From assembly GCA_902537325.1 (NCBI GenBank), contig CACBAT010000002.1, positions 24,610 through 88,609 on the forward strand: a stretch of DNA of 64,000 nt. Reading direction: 5' to 3'. A model generated the notes under the pieces. The model was given only the letters and a program-made list of their open reading frames with translations. It was not told the DNA's origin and ran no database searches. Source of the stretch: an uncultured Alphaproteobacteria bacterium (GTDB lineage: Bacteria; Pseudomonadota; Alphaproteobacteria; HIMB59; GCA-002718135). The position numbers were made by a program, and so were the translations under genes. Of this stretch, positions 17,066 to 26,719 are shown in pieces (the first letter of the stretch is position 1; every line of letters begins with the position of its first letter).

Positions 17066-18172
17066 ATGAGTAAAAATTCAAAACTTAATGTCTTAGGAGT
17101 TATGACAGGCACATCAATGGATGGCGTTGATATAAGTTTGATTAATACAAATGGGACTGACTTTGTAAAAATTAAATGTGAAAAATCATATAAATTTGAT
17201 AAAAATTATCAAAATACACTAAACAATCTAATATTAAATAAACCAAAAACTAATAATAAAATTAAAGAATATTTTTTAAAAAAAGATGATTTCGTTACAG
17301 ATATTTTAGAAAAAAAAATAATTTTATTTCTAAAACAAAAAAAAATTAATAAAAAAAATATCGATTTAATATCAATTAGTGGACAGACTGTTTACCACGA
17401 CCCATCGAATAAAATATCTATACAATTAGGAAATGGAAACAAAATTGCAAAAAATCTTAAAGTTAAAACTATAAGTAATTTAAGAGATAATGATATTAAA
17501 AATGGTGGTCAAGGAGCACCAATTGGATCATATTATCATAAGTTTTTAATACAAAAATTTAAGGAAAAAGCGATTATAGTAAATCTTGGAGGTATAGCAA
17601 ATTTTTCAACTGTAGTTTCAAGAACATTATTATCATCGGATATAGGGCCAGCAAATTGCTTAAGTGATGATCTTTGCAATTATTTTTTTAAAAAAAAATT
17701 TGATAATGATGGAAATTATGCAAGAAAAGGTAAGATTGATAATAAATTAATCGAAAAATTCAAAAAAGATAAATTCTTTAAGAAAAAGTTCCCAAAATCA
17801 TTAGATAGAAATTATTTTAGAAATTATTTTAATAAGCTTATTAAATTGAACAAATATGATGCGTTAATGACTGCTAACTACATGACTTACATTGGGTTTA
17901 AAGAATTATTAAAAAATAAAAAATTTAAGATTGAAAGAATTTTACTTACTGGAGGAGGAAGAAAAAATAAATTACTCAAAGAAATATTAATGAATAAACT
18001 TAATAAAAAAATTGAACTTATTGATAAATATAAAATAAATGGTGATTTAGTAGAAGCTCAAATGTTTGCGTATATTGGCATGAGATCATTTAAAAATTTA
18101 GAAATAAGTAATAAAAATACTACAGGTGTGAAAAAAAATTTAAGTGGTGGTATTTTATATTTTCCAGATTAA
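17066..18172 (+). CDS. anmK: anhydro-N-acetylmuramic acid kinase
   Basis: N-terminal GVMTGTSMDGVD, GGQGAPIG and LTGGGRKN motifs typical of AnmK. Confidence 0.85.
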   Translation: MSKNSKLNVLGVMTGTSMDGVDISLINTNGTDFVKIKCEKSYKFDKNYQNTLNNLILNKPKTNNKIKEYFLKKDDFVTDILEKKIILFLKQKKINKKNIDLISISGQTVYHDPSNKISIQLGNGNKIAKNLKVKTISNLRDNDIKNGGQGAPIGSYYHKFLIQKFKEKAIIVNLGGIANFSTVVSRTLLSSDIGPANCLSDDLCNYFFKKKFDNDGNYARKGKIDNKLIEKFKKDKFFKKKFPKSLDRNYFRNYFNKLIKLNKYDALMTANYMTYIGFKELLKNKKFKIERILLTGGGRKNKLLKEILMNKLNKKIELIDKYKINGDLVEAQMFAYIGMRSFKNLEISNKNTTGVKKNLSGGILYFPD

Positions 18173-19140
18173 TTAGTTAAATCTGACCATGTTTTTTTAT
18201 CAATATTTGAGCCACACAATATCACCATTGTATTTTTGCCAATAAGCTTATTATTGATTTTATATTTTAAAGCAGCGAGTCCAGCAACACACGCGGGCTC
18301 AAGAAATAACTTAAATTTTTTATAACAAAAAACCATAAATTTTTTCATTTCATCATCAGAAACAGTTACCATTTCATCAATTACTTCTTTTGCTACATCA
18401 AAAGAATATTGCATATGTAAAGGTGCTGAAAGACTGTCAGCAATACTATTTACATTAATATTATTTAGTGGTTTGTTAGCTCTTAAACTTTGATTTAAAC
18501 CATTAGCATTTTCAGGTTCAACGCCAATAATTTTAATCTTAGGATAAAATTGTTTTATATACGATGAAACACCACTTATTAATCCCCCTCCTCCAACTGA
18601 AATTAGTAAATTGTCAATTTTAGTATTAATTAATTTTAAATATTCTACAATTTCTAATCCCAAGGTAGCACTACCTTGTAATGTCAATGGGCCGTCAAAA
18701 GGGTGAATAAAATAGTAACCTTCATTTTTAGCATTTTCAGCATCAAGAAAGGCTTGTTTTGGGTTTGTAAAAATAATGTTAGCACCATAATTTTTACAAG
18801 TTTGAACTCTATATTTATTTGCACTTTCGTATAAGAAAATTTTATTTTTCAGTTTAAATTGATTAGCCACAAATGAAGCAGCGATCGCATGATTTCCAGC
18901 ACTAACTGCTGTAATTCCTTTATTAAATTTATTATGATCTTGAGAAATTATATTATTAATAGCACCTCTTGCCTTAAATGAACCAGATTTTTGTAAAAAT
19001 TCGCATTTAAAAAATAAATTAGTAGAAAAATAATTATCAATATCATCAGGACACTTTAAAAAAGGGGTTTGATTAATAAATGGTCTAATTTTTTTATAAA
19101 TTCTACTAATATTATCGACAGATAAATCTTTAGGTATCAA
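18169..19140 (-). CDS. PLP-dependent threonine/serine dehydratase family protein (no ACT domain)
   Basis: PLP-Lys motif SGSFKARGA, SAGNHA and GGGGLISG glycine loop of fold-type II dehydratases. Confidence 0.8.
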   Translation of the reverse strand: MIPKDLSVDNISRIYKKIRPFINQTPFLKCPDDIDNYFSTNLFFKCEFLQKSGSFKARGAINNIISQDHNKFNKGITAVSAGNHAIAASFVANQFKLKNKIFLYESANKYRVQTCKNYGANIIFTNPKQAFLDAENAKNEGYYFIHPFDGPLTLQGSATLGLEIVEYLKLINTKIDNLLISVGGGGLISGVSSYIKQFYPKIKIIGVEPENANGLNQSLRANKPLNNINVNSIADSLSAPLHMQYSFDVAKEVIDEMVTVSDDEMKKFMVFCYKKFKLFLEPACVAGLAALKYKINNKLIGKNTMVILCGSNIDKKTWSDLTN

Positions 19141-19880
19141 GAAATTCCTCTAATTTCTTTAATTTTATCGTAAGCAATATTAATAGCCGCTAATTCTTTA
19201 TTAGATTGTTTAATAAATTCTTTAGGCATACCTTTGGCAATTAAATTATCTGGGTGATGTTCTTTATTTAATTTTATCCATTTTTTTCTTATTTCATTAT
19301 CAGTGCTCGATCTATTAACACCCAATATTTTGTAAGGGTCAGATTCACTGTTTTTTAAATTTGATTGGAAAATTCTTTGGAAATCTTTTTCACTAAATTT
19401 AAATGATTTAGAAATTGATCTTAAAAAATCTATTTCGCTAAGAGATACCTTTCCATCAGATGCAGCAATATAAAATAAATTATTTAATAATTCTTCCAAT
19501 AAAATTTTATTAGCTGAAAATAAATCACCTACTTGATTTGCTATTTGTTTATAGCCATACGTATCTTTTTTTGCTTCATTGAAAATTTTTGCAACTTTAG
19601 GAATTTCAGATTTTGGAACTTTAAATTTTTCTTTAAATGCCCTGATTTCATCATCTGATACAATGCCATCTGATTTAGCTAATTTTGCAGCTAAAATAAT
19701 AAAACTTAATGTGAAAATTTGTTGTTTTTGATTATTATTTATTCGATTGAAGTTAAATGATGATTTTGATTTAGATCTTCTGTCAAAAGCACCGCCAGCC
19801 ATTACACCTATGATAGCACCTATAGGTCCGCCTAAAGCAAATCCTGCTGCTCCGCCTATAACTCTTCCCCAAATACTCAT
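19137..19880 (-). CDS. djlA: DjlA-type co-chaperone (Gly-rich TM, TerB-like domain, C-terminal J domain)
   Basis: N-terminal GGAAGFALGGPIGAIIG helix and C-terminal J domain DPYKILGV...HHPDN. Confidence 0.75.
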   Translation of the reverse strand: MSIWGRVIGGAAGFALGGPIGAIIGVMAGGAFDRRSKSKSSFNFNRINNNQKQQIFTLSFIILAAKLAKSDGIVSDDEIRAFKEKFKVPKSEIPKVAKIFNEAKKDTYGYKQIANQVGDLFSANKILLEELLNNLFYIAASDGKVSLSEIDFLRSISKSFKFSEKDFQRIFQSNLKNSESDPYKILGVNRSSTDNEIRKKWIKLNKEHHPDNLIAKGMPKEFIKQSNKELAAINIAYDKIKEIRGIS

Positions 19881-20125
19881 TTTAAAGATTCAATTATACT
19901 TTTTAATTCATTTATCTCATTTTGCGAAATTTTATTGTCTTGATTCAGATCTATAATTTGAAAGAGTAGATTTAATGATTGTTCAATTTCTTCATAGGAA
20001 ATAACTCCATCATTATTTAAATCAACAAAATTAAAGTACATCTCTTCTTCTTCATTCAATTCAGAAGAATATACAATCGAGGAATATAAAAGTAAAAATG
20101 AAAAAAATATTTTTATCCAAACCAT
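19877..20125 (-). CDS. secreted two-EF-hand calcium-binding mini-protein
   Basis: Signal-peptide-like N-terminus. Two canonical 12-residue loops, DLNNDGVISYEE and DLNQDNKISQNE. Overlaps both neighbours. Confidence 0.7.
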   Translation of the reverse strand: MVWIKIFFSFLLLYSSIVYSSELNEEEEMYFNFVDLNNDGVISYEEIEQSLNLLFQIIDLNQDNKISQNEINELKSIIESLK

Positions 20126-20340
20126 CTATACATTCCTATAATACCTGCACCAGCGTAAAAAAATTGTAAAAACAATATTCCATTGTGTTTTAATTTATAA
20201 GCCCAGATTCCAATTAACACTGCTGATAGAAATAATAATGAAAAGCCAATAAATTCTAATCCAATGTTAAATGCAACTAGTAGGGAATAAAGGATGGCTG
20301 TAGTTACGCCAATCCATTCTAAAAGTTTGTTTGAATTCAA
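20113..20340 (-). CDS. small 3-TM membrane protein, PnuC-repeat-like
   Basis: Three hydrophobic helices in 75 aa. LEWIG...LQFFYAGAGIIGMYRW recalls the PnuC repeat. The only available start is TTG with no SD, so the call is tentative. Confidence 0.45.
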   Translation of the reverse strand: MNSNKLLEWIGVTTAILYSLLVAFNIGLEFIGFSLLFLSAVLIGIWAYKLKHNGILFLQFFYAGAGIIGMYRWFG

Positions 20341-20347
20341 TTAAATA

Positions 20348-20551
20348 TTATTTTTTCTTAATATTAATAGCGTTTTCTTTTCCACGGTTTTCACCGATTT
20401 CAAATTCAACTGGCATACCTTCTTCTAAAGTATCAATACCAGCAGCTTCTAAAGCTGAAACATGAAGAAAAACATCTTTTCCTCCATCATCATTTTCTAT
20501 AAATCCATAACCTTTGGTCGGATTAAACCATTTAATTTTACCACTTGGCAT
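20348..20551 (-). CDS. cold-shock protein (CspA family)
   Basis: [15 protein letters not shown] (RNP1) and DVFLHVSAL (RNP2). AAGGAG SD lies upstream. Confidence 0.95.
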   Translation of the reverse strand: MPSGKIKWFNPTKGYGFIENDDGGKDVFLHVSALEAAGIDTLEEGMPVEFEIGENRGKENAINIKKK

Positions 20552-20677
20552 ATTTTATTCTCCTTATTTTTTTTTGGGGGATTAAATTTATTTAACTTAT
20601 ATAAATATTGTATATTGATTAATTTAATACATTAAATAACTAATAAGAAATTAATTTCAACAATTTTTTTTATTTTT

Positions 20678-21508
20678 ATGCTTAGCTATAAACACGGATA
20701 TCATGCTGGAAATCATGCAAATGTTATGAAACACATTATAATGCTTTACTTATATAATATTGAAAAAAAAGTAAATAATTCAATAAGTTATATTGATACT
20801 CATTCTGGTAATGGAATTTATAAATATATATCAAAATATATGGATAAAAATAAAGAGTATAAAGAAGGAATTAAAAAGATACAAAATTATAAAGGTAATA
20901 ATATTTTAATTAAAAATTATCTTTCAACTATTTCTAAAATTACTGGAAAAAATAATTTTTATCCTGGATCACCTATATTTATTTCATCCATAGCCAATGA
21001 AAAAGATAAATTATTTTTTTGTGAATTACACAATAATGAATATGAATTATTAAAAAAAAACTTAAACAAATATACCAATGCTAAAATTTTAAATGCTGAT
21101 GGATTTAACTTTATTTTTAATAAAGTTAGTAAAGAGAAGAATTATTTTGTATTTATAGATCCATCATATGAAATAAAGGATGATTTTGAAAAAGTAGAAG
21201 AGATACTAAATAATGTTGATAATTTATTTTCAAATTCCAAAATCATAATATGGTATCCAGTTTTGAATATTTTGGAAAATGACTCCTTTATTCAGAATAT
21301 TAGAAAAAAAGGTATAAGTAATATTATCAATGTTGAAGTTCCTATTATGAAATATGGAGAGAATGTTGGAATGCAAGGAAGTGGCTTATTATTAATAAAT
21401 TTTTCAAATAGATCTATAATGAAAAACCTCAAAGAGGTAATGCATGAAATTCAAGATATTTTAAAACAAGAGGAAAATAGTACTAGGTTTAAATTAAGAT
21501 ATTTATAA
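20678..21508 (+). CDS. rlmJ: 23S rRNA (adenine2030-N6)-methyltransferase RlmJ (DUF519)
   Basis: N-terminal SYKHGYHAGNHANVMKH and the FIDPSYE motif match RlmJ. Confidence 0.8.
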   Translation: MLSYKHGYHAGNHANVMKHIIMLYLYNIEKKVNNSISYIDTHSGNGIYKYISKYMDKNKEYKEGIKKIQNYKGNNILIKNYLSTISKITGKNNFYPGSPIFISSIANEKDKLFFCELHNNEYELLKKNLNKYTNAKILNADGFNFIFNKVSKEKNYFVFIDPSYEIKDDFEKVEEILNNVDNLFSNSKIIIWYPVLNILENDSFIQNIRKKGISNIINVEVPIMKYGENVGMQGSGLLLINFSNRSIMKNLKEVMHEIQDILKQEENSTRFKLRYL

Positions 21509-21510
21509 AT

Positions 21511-22884
21511 ATGAAAAAAATTAATTTACTTGATGAAGATATCTATAAGTTATTTATAAAAATTGCTTTGCCAGCCTCAATTGGAACTATATTTAACAAT
21601 CTCTATTCTTTAGTTGATACTATTTTTGCAGGTAGAATGATTTCTGAAACTGCTTTAGCAGCTATTGGTCAAACATTTCCTGTATATTTTATAATTATTG
21701 CACTTGGAATAGGGCTGAGCATAGCTACAACAAGTAATGTTGCTAATTCTTTAGGAGAAAAAAATATTAAAAAAGCAAGTCATGCATTTTCACAATCTTT
21801 TGTTGTAACAATTTTAGTAGGCTTAGGTATAACTATTTTTGGACTTTATTTTGGGAACATAATTTTAGAATCCATAAATGATGACCCAGAAACCCTTAAA
21901 CTTTCATCATTGTATATGAACGTAATTTATTTAGGATCAGTCATAATTCTTTTACTCATGGTATGTAATTCTTGTTTATCAGCTCAAGGAGATACTAAAA
22001 GTTATAGAAATGTTTTAATTTTTAGTTTTTTTCTTAATATAATTTTAAATCCAATATTAATTACAGGAAAAATAATTAATTTTGAATTATTTATTCCAAT
22101 GGGTATAACTGGAATAGCAATAGCTACCATACTGTCTCAAATAATTGGTCTGTTATATTTATTATATAAAATTTATAAAACAGAGATTTTTGAAAACTTT
22201 AAAAATAATTATTTAATTCCTAAATTAAGTTTAATTAAGGAAATTTCATTTCAGGCTATTCCAGCGGCATTAGGATTGATGATGATTGCTCTCGGATCAT
22301 ATATATTGTTATTTTTTGTCAGTCGTTTTGGTAATGATGCAATTGCAGGTTTCTCCTCAGCTGGAAGATACGAACAACTGCTTTTCTTACCCTTGTTAGG
22401 ATTAAGTACAGCAGTAACCGCAATTGTGGGTCAAAATTTTGGTGCAAAAAACTATGAAAGAATTTTAGAAACTTACAACAAAGCTATGATTACTGGTGTA
22501 ATAATATTAACTATAGCAGGATTAATTTTATTTATAACTGCAGAAGATTCAATGAGATTATTTACTGATGATAAAGAAGTAATTTACTATGGATCGATAT
22601 ATCTTAAAATATACGCACTTGGTTTTCCTGCTTTTCCATTCTTCTTTATTTCTAATGCTTCATTCCAAGGGCTAAAAAAAGCAATAATAGTAATGTATAT
22701 GGCCATACTTAGGTTTGTATTAGTGCCTATAATTGTAATATTATTTGTGAATAATTTTATAGAAGAAAACTACATCTATATGTTTATTGGGTTAACTCTT
22801 GTTCATTGGATAATTGGTATCTTATATTATTTTTATTCTTCGAATAAAATTCGAAATATTCAAAGAAGCTATACTACACCTTGA
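21511..22884 (+). CDS. MATE family efflux transporter
   Basis: 457 aa with about 12 TM helices. N-terminal LALPASIGTIFNNLYSLVDTIFAG pattern typical of MATE/NorM. Confidence 0.85.
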   Translation: MKKINLLDEDIYKLFIKIALPASIGTIFNNLYSLVDTIFAGRMISETALAAIGQTFPVYFIIIALGIGLSIATTSNVANSLGEKNIKKASHAFSQSFVVTILVGLGITIFGLYFGNIILESINDDPETLKLSSLYMNVIYLGSVIILLLMVCNSCLSAQGDTKSYRNVLIFSFFLNIILNPILITGKIINFELFIPMGITGIAIATILSQIIGLLYLLYKIYKTEIFENFKNNYLIPKLSLIKEISFQAIPAALGLMMIALGSYILLFFVSRFGNDAIAGFSSAGRYEQLLFLPLLGLSTAVTAIVGQNFGAKNYERILETYNKAMITGVIILTIAGLILFITAEDSMRLFTDDKEVIYYGSIYLKIYALGFPAFPFFFISNASFQGLKKAIIVMYMAILRFVLVPIIVILFVNNFIEENYIYMFIGLTLVHWIIGILYYFYSSNKIRNIQRSYTTP

Positions 22885-23495
22885 AGATTTGGAACAAATA
22901 AAACATCATCATATTCTTCAGAAATAATTTTATTATTATGTTTTATATATTTTACAAGTATTTGCTTGTTATTTTTAACAATAGGACAAACAATAATTCC
23001 TTCATTTTTAATTTGAGAAAAAATTTCATTATTTATTTTTTTTGATGCTGCTGTAAATATTATTCTATCAAAAGGTATTTGTTCAATCCAACCATTATTA
23101 CCATCATCGTATTTTGAAACGATATTAGTTAATTTTAATTTCTCAAAAATATTATTAGAACCTTCATGTAAATTTTTAATTCTTTCAATAGTGTATACAC
23201 GCCTTGCCAAGATTGATAATACAGCACACTGATATCCACTACCAGTGCCTATTTCTAATACCTTGTGGTTACTTTTAACATCAAGTAATTCAGTCATCCT
23301 TGCTACAACGTAGGGCTGACTAATTGTTTGATTATTTTCAATTGGTAAAGCTATATTTTCATAAGCTTGATTTCTATAAGCTTCACTAATAAACTTTTCT
23401 CTTGGAATTTTTTCTATTGCAGAGAGAACTTCAGCATTACTAATACCTGACTCTCGTAACTCGAGTATCAATCTTATTTTCCTTACATCAAGCAC
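22869..23495 (-). CDS. pcm: protein-L-isoaspartate O-methyltransferase
   Basis: TISQPYVVARMTELL and SAM motif VLEIGTGSGYQ. GTG start overlaps the serS TAG. Confidence 0.9.
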   Translation of the reverse strand: MLDVRKIRLILELRESGISNAEVLSAIEKIPREKFISEAYRNQAYENIALPIENNQTISQPYVVARMTELLDVKSNHKVLEIGTGSGYQCAVLSILARRVYTIERIKNLHEGSNNIFEKLKLTNIVSKYDDGNNGWIEQIPFDRIIFTAASKKINNEIFSQIKNEGIIVCPIVKNNKQILVKYIKHNNKIISEEYDDVLFVPNLQGVV

Positions 23496-24757
23496 TAGAC
23501 AAGAGTATCAGAATTATTGAAATATTTTTTCAAAACTTCTGGAATTTTAATATTTCCATCTTTCATTTGATAATTTTCAAGAATAGCAATTAGTGTTCTT
23601 CCTACTGCTAACCCGGATCCATTAAGTGTATGAACAAAAATATTTTTATTTTCTAATTTATATCTTGTATTCATTCTTCTAGCTTGAAAATCATTACAAT
23701 TTGAGCAGCTTGAAATTTCTCTATAAGTATTTTCACCGGGGAGCCACACTTCAATATCGTATGTTTTTGATGCTGAAAAGCCCATATCACCAGTACACAA
23801 AGTCATAATCCTATAATGAATATTTAAATCTTGAAGAATACTCTCAGCACTTTCAAGCATTCTTTCTAATTCATCTTGTGAATGCTGCGGCTCAACTATT
23901 GAAACTAATTCAACTTTAGTAAATTGATGCTGTCTTAACATACCACGAGTATCCTTACCAGCAGCACCAGCCTCTGATCTAAAACATGGAGTATAAGAAG
24001 TTACTCTCATGGGTAATTGATTTTGGTTAAGTATTTCCTCTCTAACCATGTTTGTTAAAGGAACTTCAGCAGTTGGTATTAACCAATGATTTTCCCCAGC
24101 AGTAAATAAATCTTCACCAAATTTAGGTAATTGCCCTGTTCCAAAAAGAGCAGAATCTTTAACCAAAAAAGGTAAATTATATTCAATATAACCATTTTCA
24201 TTTGTATGCTTATCTAACATAAAATTTGCTATTGCTCTTTCCAACTTAGAAAGTTGATTTTTTAATAAAACAAATCTAGACCCTGATAATTTAGATGCAG
24301 TTTCAAAATTCATTAAACCTAAATTTTCCCCTAATTCAAAATGAGTTTTAGGATTAAAATCAAATCCTGGTTTTTCACCCCATTCTCTATATTTTGTATT
24401 GTCTGCTTCATTGCTTCCTATAGGTACAGTCTTATCAGCTATATTTGGCAGTCTTGAGAGGATAGTTTTTAGCTCCTCGTCTTTAATAGTCTCAAGTTCC
24501 TTTAAATTATTAATTTTATTTTTAATTTCATCAACTTTACTCATTTCTGATGAAGCATCTTTATTTTCACTTTTAAGTTTACCAATATTTTTAGAAATAG
24601 AGTTTCTTTCTGCTAAAAGGTTCTGAAGAACAGTCTGAGTTTCTCTTTTAACTTTATCTAGTTCTAATATTTTTTTTGATATTGGATTCTCACCTCTTTG
24701 TTTCATATAATTATCAAACTCTGTTGGATTTTCTCTGATAAAATTAATATTATGCAT
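23495..24757 (-). CDS. serS: seryl-tRNA synthetase
   Basis: Coiled-coil N-terminus plus class II motifs (FRSEAGAAGKDTRGMLRQHQF, GSGLAVGRT). Confidence 0.95.
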   Translation of the reverse strand: MHNINFIRENPTEFDNYMKQRGENPISKKILELDKVKRETQTVLQNLLAERNSISKNIGKLKSENKDASSEMSKVDEIKNKINNLKELETIKDEELKTILSRLPNIADKTVPIGSNEADNTKYREWGEKPGFDFNPKTHFELGENLGLMNFETASKLSGSRFVLLKNQLSKLERAIANFMLDKHTNENGYIEYNLPFLVKDSALFGTGQLPKFGEDLFTAGENHWLIPTAEVPLTNMVREEILNQNQLPMRVTSYTPCFRSEAGAAGKDTRGMLRQHQFTKVELVSIVEPQHSQDELERMLESAESILQDLNIHYRIMTLCTGDMGFSASKTYDIEVWLPGENTYREISSCSNCNDFQARRMNTRYKLENKNIFVHTLNGSGLAVGRTLIAILENYQMKDGNIKIPEVLKKYFNNSDTLV

Positions 24758-25512
24758 TACTTATCTTTATTTTTTTGTATTAGTTTTGCAATATAAATTG
24801 AAACTTCGTATAAAAATATAATTGGCAGAGCTAAACTTATTTGACTAAATGGATCAGGTGGAGTTAAGAATGCTGCCGATAAAAATGCTAATACAATTGC
24901 ATATTTTCTAAATTTTTTAAGTGATTCATAAGTAACCATCCCTACTCTTGCCATTAAAGATAAAACAACAGGAAGCTGAAAAGCTAAACCAAAAGCAAAA
25001 ATAAATCGCATCATAAGGGATAAATATTCTCCCATCTTAGCTTCTAATCGAATAGGAACTCCACTAGAGCCAAGGTTTTGATAAGATAGGAAAAAAGACC
25101 ATGCCAATGGAGCAATAATATAATAAACCATTGATCCACCTGCGAAAAATAAAATTGGTGTCGCAACTAAATAGGGTAAAAAAGCTCTCTTTTCCTTTTT
25201 GTATAATCCTGGTGCAATAAATCTCCATATTTGTATTGCAATTAATGGGAATGAAAAAAATAAAGCAAAGAAAAAAGCTATTTTTAATTCTGTAAAAAAA
25301 GCTTCTTGTAAAGCTGTATAAATAAAACCTTGACCTTTATCTTTATCAAATAGTTCTACTAGAGGACTGGCTAAAAAGGCAAATAATTCATCTGCAAAGT
25401 AAAAACAAACAATAAAGATTAATAAAATATATAAAAAACTCCATAGTAGTCTTTTTCGTAACTCGGTGAGATGCCCTATTAGAGACATTTCTTCAAATTT
25501 TTCTTCAGACAT
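24757..25512 (-). CDS. tatC: twin-arginine translocase subunit TatC
   Basis: MSLIGHLTELRKRL start and 6-TM pattern with LTPPDPFSQ. TAATG overlap with serS. Confidence 0.95.
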   Translation of the reverse strand: MSEEKFEEMSLIGHLTELRKRLLWSFLYILLIFIVCFYFADELFAFLASPLVELFDKDKGQGFIYTALQEAFFTELKIAFFFALFFSFPLIAIQIWRFIAPGLYKKEKRAFLPYLVATPILFFAGGSMVYYIIAPLAWSFFLSYQNLGSSGVPIRLEAKMGEYLSLMMRFIFAFGLAFQLPVVLSLMARVGMVTYESLKKFRKYAIVLAFLSAAFLTPPDPFSQISLALPIIFLYEVSIYIAKLIQKNKDK

Positions 25513-25527
25513 TACAAAAATAATAAA

Positions 25528-25842
25528 TTAATTTTTTTTTGAAAATTCATTCTCGGTCATTTTCACTGTTTCTTGAACTTCTTTAATCTCGTTTTCAAAA
25601 TTTTTTTTGATATTAATGCCGTCTTTTATTTTTTTTACCTCTTTGACTGATTTAGCTAATTCTTTAATTTCTTCCTCCTCAGCAATTTCATTTATAGATG
25701 ACTTAAATTCAGAAGACATTTTTTTAATATATTTAGTAAAAGATCCAACTTGTTTAATGAATTTTGGAAGATCTTTTGGGCCAATAACAACAACAACTAT
25801 TATCCCAATTAAGAAAATTTCACTCCAACCAAAAGTAAACAT
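25528..25842 (-). CDS. tatB: twin-arginine translocase subunit TatB
   Basis: FGWSEIFLIGIIVVVVIGPKDLP N-terminal TM/hinge, followed by a charged amphipathic tail. Confidence 0.8.
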   Translation of the reverse strand: MFTFGWSEIFLIGIIVVVVIGPKDLPKFIKQVGSFTKYIKKMSSEFKSSINEIAEEEEIKELAKSVKEVKKIKDGINIKKNFENEIKEVQETVKMTENEFSKKN

Positions 25843-25847
25843 TATAT

Positions 25848-26033
25848 TTACTTTTCTTCGTCGTTTTTATTCTCTAAATTTTTATCTTCTTTTTTTTCTT
25901 CGTCAGACATTCCTCTCTTGAATGATTTGATTCCTTTTGCCATATCACCCATAAGTTGAGGTATTTTACCTCTACCGAAAAGAAGTAGAACAATAACGAG
26001 TACAATTAATAATTGCCAAATACTAGGTGTCAT
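25848..26033 (-). CDS. tatA: twin-arginine translocase subunit TatA
   Basis: [22 protein letters not shown]-hinge motif, 61 aa. Confidence 0.85.
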   Translation of the reverse strand: MTPSIWQLLIVLVIVLLLFGRGKIPQLMGDMAKGIKSFKRGMSDEEKKEDKNLENKNDEEK

Positions 26034-26083
26034 AAGAGGCTTATACGGAAACTATAGGAAAAAAACAAGAAGTAATAAGTTAA

Positions 26084-26719
26084 CTAAGTATTTTGAATAA
26101 AATCATCAATATTATTTTCATCATCCTGTTCTAAATTATCATTACTTTGTAAATTTTCATCATTTTTAGCAAGATCACTTATAGTTGCAATCGCAGCACG
26201 TTTATCTAGAAAACCACTTGCCTTTAGCTCTTCTTTATTGGGTAAATCGGATAAACTATTCAATCCAAAATGTTCAACAAACAAATCTGTGGTAGACCAT
26301 AAAGTAGGTTTACCAGGTATACTTTTTCTACCTGAAGGACGTATCCATCCGATTTCCATCAAATGATCTAGAGAGCCTCTACCCATTTGAACACCTCTAA
26401 TATTTTCAATTTCTGATCTTGTTATTGGTTGTTGGTAAGCAATTATAGATAATGTTTCTAATGCTGCTCTTGATAATTTTCTTTTCTGTGTTTTAAAAAT
26501 AATTAATTCATCACCGAGATCTTCAGCAGTTCTAAAAGACCATTTGTTGCCAGTTTTGATTAAATTAATACCTCTATTTTTATAAAAATCTTTAATTTCA
26601 AGTAATAGCTTAGTTATTTTATTTTTATCTTTAATTTTTTCTTTTAAATCATTTTCATCAAGTGGCTCCCCTGATGCAAATAATATTGCTTCTAAAATTT
26701 TAATATCTTTATTATTCAT
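26084..26719 (-). CDS. scpB: segregation and condensation protein B
   Basis: ILEAILFASGEPL, ETLSIIAYQQPITRSEIE and RGV motifs of ScpB. Confidence 0.9.
   Translation of the reverse strand: MNNKDIKILEAILFASGEPLDENDLKEKIKDKNKITKLLLEIKDFYKNRGINLIKTGNKWSFRTAEDLGDELIIFKTQKRKLSRAALETLSIIAYQQPITRSEIENIRGVQMGRGSLDHLMEIGWIRPSGRKSIPGKPTLWSTTDLFVEHFGLNSLSDLPNKEELKASGFLDKRAAIATISDLAKNDENLQSNDNLEQDDENNIDDFIQNT

Noticed and set aside
17270-17370. Several A7-A9 homopolymer runs lie inside anmK, which could indicate a slippage-prone or frameshifted pseudogene.
   Set aside because: The reading frame is intact over 368 codons, with conserved AnmK motifs on both sides. The runs encode Lys/Asn-rich insertions typical of AT-rich genomes.
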